A stretch of 20,000 nt of DNA from an uncultured virus (IMG/VR IMGVR_UViG_3300017814_000173) (Duplodnaviria; Heunggongvirae; Uroviricota; Caudoviricetes), in the IMG/VR virus record IMGVR_UViG_3300017814_000173. One strand, 5' to 3'. The position numbers were made by a program, and so were the translations under genes. A model generated the notes under the pieces. It had not been told where the DNA came from, did no database searches, and saw nothing but the letters and a program-made list of their open reading frames with translations. Below, piece after piece: positions 1 to 6,037 of the stretch. Positions within the stretch are counted from its first letter, which is position 1, and each line of letters begins with the position of its first letter.

Positions 1-278
1 CGATAATCGCCATCCCAATTGAAAAAATCCAATATTAACCTTTCCGGAATGGACCAGGAATAATTTTCCGCCGGAAGATTCATTAAATCAGTTTCGAAGA
101 CGGTGACTAAACTGGATTTTCCCGACTGAACAATGCGAACGATAATTTTATTGCGATAATTTTCTACCCGTCCGATAACCTCGACCGGCTGCGGCGTATG
201 AATTTTGCCGCAGTAAATAGCCCGCATGTGGTCATTCTTGCATTGCTGATAATCAAATTCTCCATTCGCATGATTCAT
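1..278 (-). CDS. Hypothetical protein, runs off the left edge of the window
   Basis: Not in the ORF track. ATG at 278 preceded by GCAGGAG SD; open frame MNHANGEFDYQQCKNDHMRAIYCGKIHTPQPVEVIGRVENYRNKIIVRIVQSGKSS... to position 1. Confidence 0.75.
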   Translation of the reverse strand, partial: MNHANGEFDYQQCKNDHMRAIYCGKIHTPQPVEVIGRVENYRNKIIVRIVQSGKSSLVTVFETDLMNLPAENYSWSIPERLILDFFNWDGDY

Positions 279-283
279 AGTTT

Positions 284-745
284 TCAATCTCCTGCTTTCA
301 TGATGTTGGAATTTTCAATGGTTACCTCGAACAATCGTAACTGGCCTTTCAACGGTATAAACGGTAATGCTCGTCCTCCGCTGACCTGCCAGTGCCAGCA
401 GCCCGGCTGCGCCCAGCGGCTGGGATGATGGCGGACGATCCTGTCCAGACATACCGTGCCGACAATGCCGCCGAGCGTGGACTGGTCGCAGCCGACCGGC
501 CGGCACGTGCTTTCATCAAAGCGGATGTGAAAGTGTTGGCATACCGGCGCCACGGCTTCCGGCACGTAATCGCCCAACCAGAGCAACGCATCGTAATCGA
601 AGCGCAGACTGGCGTGAATCAGCAATGGACCCCGATACTTATCGCACCAGGTGCGGTTCTCGATATCCTTGCGGATTTCCAGCGGCGCTCCGGTCATCAG
701 CCACGCCCATGGTTCCCGGACCGACAGACATTTCATGGTGATCAT
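284..745 (-). CDS. ASCH domain protein
   Basis: LSVREPWAWL...KDIENRTW..YRGPLLIHAS N-terminus, GGIVGTV and C-terminal PFIPLKGQLRLFEV are ASCH hallmarks; ATGA overlap with the upstream HNH gene. Confidence 0.9.
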   Translation of the reverse strand: MITMKCLSVREPWAWLMTGAPLEIRKDIENRTWCDKYRGPLLIHASLRFDYDALLWLGDYVPEAVAPVCQHFHIRFDESTCRPVGCDQSTLGGIVGTVCLDRIVRHHPSRWAQPGCWHWQVSGGRALPFIPLKGQLRLFEVTIENSNIMKAGD

Positions 746-1122
746 GATTTATTTTCCTCCGCTTGAAACAAATCCGGGCAATTCCGGAGTTTGTTGTTAT
801 GCCGGGTCTGCCGGTGCTGCTCGGCATCGAGCGTCAAATGACACTTCTGACAGAGCGCCTTGAGATTTTCCGGCCGGTTGTCGGTTACATCGTGATTCAA
901 GTGCGCCACGGTCAACACAATCGTTGTCGTTTTTGTTCTCTCCAGAGCGGCAACTTCCAATTCCATACCGTCCAGACGATGGAAGACGCCCTGTTTGTCG
1001 CGGTAACCAGTGGCGCCGTTTTCGACCCCGCAGAACTCGCAGCGGTTGCCGGCGCGTTTCATAATCGCCGGACGAATCACCGTCTTCCAATTTGCCGGAT
1101 AGCGATGATAATCAATCGGCAT
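742..1122 (-). CDS. HNH endonuclease (phage type)
   Basis: RAGNRCEFCG ... LTVAHLNHDVTDNRPENLKALCQKCH: CxxC plus H-N-H plus CxxCH. Confidence 0.9.
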   Translation of the reverse strand: MPIDYHRYPANWKTVIRPAIMKRAGNRCEFCGVENGATGYRDKQGVFHRLDGMELEVAALERTKTTTIVLTVAHLNHDVTDNRPENLKALCQKCHLTLDAEQHRQTRHNNKLRNCPDLFQAEENKS

Positions 1123-1291
1123 GATAAATTTCCTTATGGGCTTCCTCGGTCTTTTCTTGTTGTTCGGCTTTCTTCAGCAGTGACCAAACGGATCGGGCGA
1201 ATCGAAGATTGCTCGGCCAGTAATGCCGGGCGAACTCTTCCCGGTCAGGATAGGTTCGATAGATCCGCACCACGTCGTCACTGATTTTCAT
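1112..1291 (-). CDS. Small hypothetical protein (59 aa)
   Basis: Internal ATG at 1291 (MKISDDVV...) with GGAGG SD just after the upstream stop at 1297; fills the gap to the HNH gene. Confidence 0.65.
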   Translation of the reverse strand: MKISDDVVRIYRTYPDREEFARHYWPSNLRFARSVWSLLKKAEQQEKTEEAHKEIYHAD

Positions 1292-1296
1292 GATGC

Positions 1297-2145
1297 TCAA
1301 TCCTCCACGGGAAGGAGTTCGCCGCAGGGAAAACCATTTTTCTGCATGACCTTGGAATGAATAAGCCCTTCGAATGATTTCCATGAGCTTGTCTGCAAAC
1401 AATAAAAGCCCCAGACGTTTTTTCTGTTATCGGATGGGTGATGAATTCCCATTTCCCAAATTTTGCCGTCTTGATCTTCAAACCAGTCCGGGGCTCCTAA
1501 TATTCGCCAAGGCACAACTTTGGCCGCCCGAACCTGTGCTTCATCCGGATCCAGTACTATTTCAGTACCCTGATGATCTTGAACTTTGGTAGAGTGGTTA
1601 TCCGGACAGGAAATGACTCTTGCCGGATATTCCACCCCGTTTTTTTCGCGATAAAAGATATAATCGCCGACCTTGAAACGGTAAAGAGGATGCTGTTCGA
1701 GAATGGTTTTACAGATCGGACACGTTACTATCGCCAGATCGTTGCTCCATTTTTTTGGCATGCTGCATTTACACAACGAATCCAGCCCGAGTCTGCTGAA
1801 ATGAACAATCGCCAGATGTCCGCCGGTCGGTTCCTCCGCCAGCCGAAAAATTTTCATGGTATCGGGACGTTGAGCCATACAGCCCAGCAAATTTTTTGCA
1901 TCGCTCAAAAAGGATTTTTCCCATTTATGGCTTTCGGGGTTCAAACATTCCAGATTGGAACAATCGTTGTTCAGCAGTTTGGCAAATTCGATCAGCGTCA
2001 GCCCATCGGCGGTCTGATGAAAATTTACACTTGTGCAGTCTTCAATAGCTTGCGTACCAAATTTGAACTTGCCGTCTTGGTCTGATCCGGTCCATGCAAG
2101 GTGTTCTGCCCAATCCGGTATGTCGATTATAATAGTCTTACTCAT
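1297..2145 (-). CDS. Hypothetical multi-domain phage protein (282 aa)
   Basis: AGGAG SD; contains CPIC, an SH3/KOW-like FKVGDYIFY...PARVIS segment and two PDW...DQDGK motifs. Confidence 0.8.
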   Translation of the reverse strand: MSKTIIIDIPDWAEHLAWTGSDQDGKFKFGTQAIEDCTSVNFHQTADGLTLIEFAKLLNNDCSNLECLNPESHKWEKSFLSDAKNLLGCMAQRPDTMKIFRLAEEPTGGHLAIVHFSRLGLDSLCKCSMPKKWSNDLAIVTCPICKTILEQHPLYRFKVGDYIFYREKNGVEYPARVISCPDNHSTKVQDHQGTEIVLDPDEAQVRAAKVVPWRILGAPDWFEDQDGKIWEMGIHHPSDNRKNVWGFYCLQTSSWKSFEGLIHSKVMQKNGFPCGELLPVED

Positions 2146-2232
2146 TGGAATAATTCTCCTTGTTCTGTCTTTTCATATTCTGCCACTCCCTGTTTATTAT
2201 TCGCCCTGCCGTTCCGTTTTGCTTTCTCTCTC

Positions 2233-2284
2233 CTTCACGTTCCACGGGAACGCTTCACTCTTCACGTGCTCCGCACACTTCACT
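2233..2284 (+). repeat. Degenerate copies of the cttcac(t/g) / GTGAA(A/G)AGTGAA motif
   Basis: cttcactcttcacgt (2253-2267) differs by one base from 5478-5492; ttcacgttcc (2234-2243) is identical to 5486-5495; cttcact at 2278-2284. Confidence 0.8.
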
Positions 2285-2852
2285 CGTTTCCCTTTCCGCT
2301 TCTGCATTCCCCCAGCATGGCGGCAATCGACCGGGAGCGTTCCTCCGCATCGTAGTCTGGACATTTCAGGAACTTCATTCGGCGGCAGTTTGGACATTGT
2401 TTCTCTTCGTCCGTCATCAACTGTCCGCACTTGGCACAATATTTCCGCTTCAGAATGTCCGCCTCGATCAGCTGTTCGCGGGAACGGACGATTTCAGATT
2501 CTTCCGTTTTTTGCCAGACCCCGCCGTCGGCATCGATCACCGTGTAGCCCAGACGCCGCATGAGCTGAATAACCGGTTCGATATTCTGTCCGTCGCGCAC
2601 GATCACCGACATGGCGATTTGCTGGTCGGCCATGCCCAAGATCCGCCGTATGCCGAACGGTTCCAGGCTTCGCGCCTTGCCGGTGCGCGTGAGCTTGCCC
2701 TTGCGCTGCAAGGCCCGCAGGTGAGCGAAGATCGTCGAGGTCTTGATGTGAAATCGATCGGCCAGTTCGTACACGGTCGGCACGTTGCCTTGAAAATATC
2801 CGGCATGAATGGCGTCGAGCATTTCGATTTGTTTCTGCGTTAACTTTTTCAT
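2280..2852 (-). CDS. LexA-type winged-helix DNA-binding protein with C-terminal Zn-ribbon and no peptidase domain
   Basis: MKKLTQKQIEMLDAI...PTVYELADRFHIKTSTIFAHLRALQRKGKLTRTGKARSL matches the LexA DBD pattern; CAKC...CPNC near the C-terminus; start at 2852 chosen for the AAGGAA SD. Confidence 0.8.
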   Translation of the reverse strand: MKKLTQKQIEMLDAIHAGYFQGNVPTVYELADRFHIKTSTIFAHLRALQRKGKLTRTGKARSLEPFGIRRILGMADQQIAMSVIVRDGQNIEPVIQLMRRLGYTVIDADGGVWQKTEESEIVRSREQLIEADILKRKYCAKCGQLMTDEEKQCPNCRRMKFLKCPDYDAEERSRSIAAMLGECRSGKGNE

Positions 2853-2877
2853 GATTCTATTTTTTCCTTGTTTTGGG

Positions 2878-3123
2878 TCAATCGGTGATTTCCTGCCCAT
2901 TTTCCGGATCCGTTCCAATCAAAGTTTCCCGTCGCGGTTCCGCGCTGATGATATAGTCATATTCACCGGTGGGATCGGCATGTTGGTAACCGGGTTGACA
3001 ACTCATACAATCGCATTCGCAGCAGCCCAGATCCTCGATCGTGCAGCCGCAGACACCCGGATTGAACAATCCGTCGTAGCCGTGCTGCCGAAGGTAGTCG
3101 GTGATAATTTCTTTTGCTGTCAT
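2878..3123 (-). CDS. Small Cys-rich phage hypothetical protein
   Basis: ATG at 3123 overlaps the upstream stop (ATGA), GAGGAG SD; YLRQHGYDGLFNPGVCGCTIEDLGCCECDCMSCQPGY. Confidence 0.8.
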   Translation of the reverse strand: MTAKEIITDYLRQHGYDGLFNPGVCGCTIEDLGCCECDCMSCQPGYQHADPTGEYDYIISAEPRRETLIGTDPENGQEITD

Positions 3124-3647
3124 GGCTGTTTCTTCTCCGCAAACAGATCGTTTTTCTGGCTGTCGTTCCAGCGCTTGACGTCTTCGTGGGTAATTTTCAG
3201 GATTTTTACCGGGTTGCCGTTGCGCCACCGGTTATCGGCATACTGACAAGCCCGGAACGTTTTCTTCTTGTCATCGAAACTGGTGCAGGTCAGCTGCATG
3301 CCGCCGAACCAGATGAAATCGCGGCCGACATACATTCGGTCCGGCGTCTGCTTGCCTGGTTCACGGACTAGGAACGGCTTACGGCCCCAGTAATTTTCCA
3401 TGGCCATGGCGGCCGACCGGTTGCCAACACTATAAGTACGGCTTCCATGGCATGCCCGGGTATAAGTTCCTTCATTCGGAACCGGTAACCGGGCTTTGAA
3501 GTCGTCTGCAAAAAACTTGACTCCATAATCGATGGCATAATTGATTATTCCCCATTTGGCGTGAGCCCGCTGAATGGTGCTTTGAGTATTGACGCAGTAC
3601 AGTGCAGCGCAGTACAATTCTACTGCCGGGCTGATTTTTTCATCCAT
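3120..3647 (-). CDS. Hypothetical protein (175 aa)
   Basis: ATG at 3647 (MDEKISPAVELY...) with AAAGGA SD, downstream of the stop at 3671. Confidence 0.8.
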   Translation of the reverse strand: MDEKISPAVELYCAALYCVNTQSTIQRAHAKWGIINYAIDYGVKFFADDFKARLPVPNEGTYTRACHGSRTYSVGNRSAAMAMENYWGRKPFLVREPGKQTPDRMYVGRDFIWFGGMQLTCTSFDDKKKTFRACQYADNRWRNGNPVKILKITHEDVKRWNDSQKNDLFAEKKQP

Positions 3648-3670
3648 AATTATTATTCCTTTCTCTGGTA

Positions 3671-4390
3671 TTATTTCGGATTTTCCGGCGTGCCGTAGAT
3701 TTCTTCGCGCAAGGCATTGTCGCGTTCGGATCTCGCGGCGTCTTCCTGATATTGCCGGGCAATATCGCGTTGTATTTCTTCGTCCCATCTTTCCTCGACC
3801 GAATGGATTCGCTGTTGAATTTTGGCGCGAAGATCAGCCGCCACGCCCGGATATTCTTTTTCGCAGAGTGTGGCATACAGGGTCATTAAAGGAATCGTGA
3901 ACGGATCGTGCTCCCAGTCCAGCACAAAATATTCGCAATGTTCGTGTTTGCCGCCGGGAAGCGATGAGTCGTCCGTCCGGAACACCAGGTATTTAAGATA
4001 GAGCTGATCGCGGTTGAGTTCCGCTTCGTGTTCGCGTAGCCATGCATCATGACCGCGAAGCACGGCCGCCATCACCGCTTCATGCAAATCATAGGCCGTC
4101 AGGGACGTGTTTTCCAACGCATGGGTGAAAACCCGAGCCAGATGGTTGAACATGGCATCGTTTTTATATTTATCGACAATCTCCTGTTCGGTCGTCCGCT
4201 GGCCGTGATCGAGCAGCACGTCACGAAACAAGGTCAGGGCGCGAATCCGCTGGGTGTTCGGCGGCATAATCATCGGAATAGAGCCGAAAGTTTCCCGGCC
4301 GATCATTTCGCCAAGCTGTTTGGGATCGTCGGTTTTCAATAGCAAGGTCAGCGCCTTTTCCAGTTTCTCGATCTTTTCACCGTCCGTCAT
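3671..4390 (-). CDS. Phage hypothetical protein (239 aa)
   Basis: GGAG SD; segment KYLVFRTDDSSLPGGKHEHCEYFVLDWEHDPF...YPGVAADLR resembles a small domain I recognise from phage early genes, function unknown. Confidence 0.8.
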   Translation of the reverse strand: MTDGEKIEKLEKALTLLLKTDDPKQLGEMIGRETFGSIPMIMPPNTQRIRALTLFRDVLLDHGQRTTEQEIVDKYKNDAMFNHLARVFTHALENTSLTAYDLHEAVMAAVLRGHDAWLREHEAELNRDQLYLKYLVFRTDDSSLPGGKHEHCEYFVLDWEHDPFTIPLMTLYATLCEKEYPGVAADLRAKIQQRIHSVEERWDEEIQRDIARQYQEDAARSERDNALREEIYGTPENPK

Positions 4391-4394
4391 GGTT

Positions 4395-4940
4395 TTATTC
4401 TCCCTTGGCGGCGGCTTGCCGCAGATGCGTTTCCGATTTGAAATCCGATGCCGGCAGCGGCCAGCCGAGTTTTGCCGTCACCGCCTGGCGCAGATAGGGA
4501 TAGGCGATCTTGCGGTTGATTGCGTTGCTGATGTCGCTGGCATAGACGCCGAGCGCCTGAGCCAGCGCCGTCCGCGTGCCCATGATCCCGGCCGCCATTT
4601 CCAGCAGTTCGCCGATGGTTTTAATCTGCTTGAGATCGACGGCTTGCCGGACGTCTTCCAGCGTCTTGCCGGTGACTTTGGTATGTCCCGGACGACGCGC
4701 CGGATGTTCCGGGTTCCGCGCCGCTTCCAGTGCCCGCGCCGACTCCAGTTCCAGCCGCGTTGCCTCGGCTCGAATTTCCGGAGCGGGGCGCTGCGGTGGA
4801 AACGTCGGCGGAACGCCGGACGGCAGATGTACGGGCGGTTCAGACATCACCCGCTGGACGGCGGACCAGAAGCAGTCTTCCTCCACGTTCAATTCCCGGC
4901 ACAGCCTGCTCCATTCTTTGGCGGTAAATCCCAGTATCAT
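4395..4940 (-). CDS. Protein with C-terminal Cro/XRE-like HTH
   Basis: GGAGG SD; Pro-rich linker, then TRTALAQALGVYASDISNAIN HTH pattern. Confidence 0.7.
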   Translation of the reverse strand: MILGFTAKEWSRLCRELNVEEDCFWSAVQRVMSEPPVHLPSGVPPTFPPQRPAPEIRAEATRLELESARALEAARNPEHPARRPGHTKVTGKTLEDVRQAVDLKQIKTIGELLEMAAGIMGTRTALAQALGVYASDISNAINRKIAYPYLRQAVTAKLGWPLPASDFKSETHLRQAAAKGE

Positions 4941-4969
4941 TTTGCTTCCTCCCGAATTTAAAAGGGTTT

Positions 4970-5398
4970 TTATCTTTTCACTTCTTCACTTTTCACTGCG
5001 CCAACCCGGTCATTTTTTTTGAGGAAAAATCCGTCCTTATCCGGATAGGAGTCAAAAATCAATTGTCGATCCCGATTTAGTTCGGCAAGGCTTTTCGTCC
5101 GGAGCGTTGCGCACGGAAATTCATACGTTGTTTCCCCGTTAAATGGCAACAGCCTGAGCTTTTTTGCCGCAGAATCATGCGATACGATTTTCTGAATTCC
5201 AAATTGATTGATGGAATCGGCCGGAATTTTAACCGTCAGGTGAACCCCGGTAACGATGCGCTTTACCTGCTCGTTTGTCTTTTTTACATCAACGGTATCC
5301 ATATTGACATTGATTTTGCTTCCGTCCCCACTGGTTCCGATTTCGATCCCGCCGAATTCCACCCGGCACGGCCCGATTTTTAAATCGTCATTATTCAT
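4970..5398 (-). CDS. Siphovirus tail-tube-like protein (short, divergent)
   Basis: LKIGPCRVEFGGIEIGTSGDGSKINV...IVTG...VKIP...AKKLRLLP...YEFPCA...FDSYPD follows the motif order of a major tail tube family; ATGA overlap with the upstream gene. Confidence 0.6.
   Translation of the reverse strand: MNNDDLKIGPCRVEFGGIEIGTSGDGSKINVNMDTVDVKKTNEQVKRIVTGVHLTVKIPADSINQFGIQKIVSHDSAAKKLRLLPFNGETTYEFPCATLRTKSLAELNRDRQLIFDSYPDKDGFFLKKNDRVGAVKSEEVKR
4985..5002 (+). repeat. 18-bp direct repeat, copy 1 (ttcacttttcactgcgcc)
   Basis: Exact match to 5449-5466. Confidence 0.95.
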
Positions 5399-6033
5399 TT
5401 TTCCACTTCTTTCAGATTTTGTTCTTTGGCTCTTTCCTGCCGCCCTCTTTCACTTTTCACTGCGCCGTTCGACGCAACTTCACTTTTCACGTTCCGCAGG
5501 AACTCTTCACTTGGATTGTAGTCCACCACGTCGCCGCGCCGAGAGGTCGCGATCTTCAACTGCCGTTCGCGGATCCAGTTGTACCAATGCCGATTAGTGA
5601 CTTCCGGCGGACAGAAGCCGGTGACAATCGCGGTACGACGGTATTCCGCCAGTTCGCCGGTCAACCAGGCGCGAGGCAGATAGAGCCACCACGGGTCGAA
5701 CTTGATGCTGGCTTTGTCCGCCCAGCACAACATGGACGGTTCCATGCCGTTCTGTCGGGAATAATGCCGGGAATGGCACAGACACAGGTTGGCGTAATAC
5801 TTGTCGTCAAACAGACAATCAGCCAGCGCGGCGCCCAGTTCCGGATGCCGTTCGCCGCATTCATCGTCCATATGCCTTTTTCCGAGATAGCCCCAGTCAT
5901 GCATAACAATGCAGATGGTTTCCCGCCAGTTCGGCAACTGGTGAAACAGCCAGATCCACGCCAGCCAGACGGTGAACGGATGCCAGAATACCTGGTGTAC
6001 TCCGAATAACAGTGATTTGGTTCCGGTCTTCAT
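5395..6033 (-). CDS. HD-superfamily phosphohydrolase-like protein
   Basis: H...H near the N-terminus, then MHDWG, HPELGA, HSRH and WADK give the H/HD/H/H/D metal-ligand layout. Confidence 0.7.
   Translation of the reverse strand: MKTGTKSLLFGVHQVFWHPFTVWLAWIWLFHQLPNWRETICIVMHDWGYLGKRHMDDECGERHPELGAALADCLFDDKYYANLCLCHSRHYSRQNGMEPSMLCWADKASIKFDPWWLYLPRAWLTGELAEYRRTAIVTGFCPPEVTNRHWYNWIRERQLKIATSRRGDVVDYNPSEEFLRNVKSEVASNGAVKSERGRQERAKEQNLKEVEK
5449..5495 (+). repeat. 18-bp direct repeat, copy 2 (5449-5466), plus related copy cttcacttttcacgttcc (5478-5495)
   Basis: Read directly; encodes AVKSE and NVKSE at the C-terminus of the HD protein. Confidence 0.95.
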
Positions 6034-6037
6034 GCTC

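Noticed and set aside
4941..4975. Possible hairpin or terminator between the tube-like and HTH genes
   Set aside because: Only a 3-bp CCC/GGG stem and no U-tract on the coding strand.
2233..5495. CRISPR or mini-array interpretation of the ttcac repeats
   Set aside because: The repeats are short, irregularly spaced and mostly inside coding sequence, with no constant-length spacers or cas genes.
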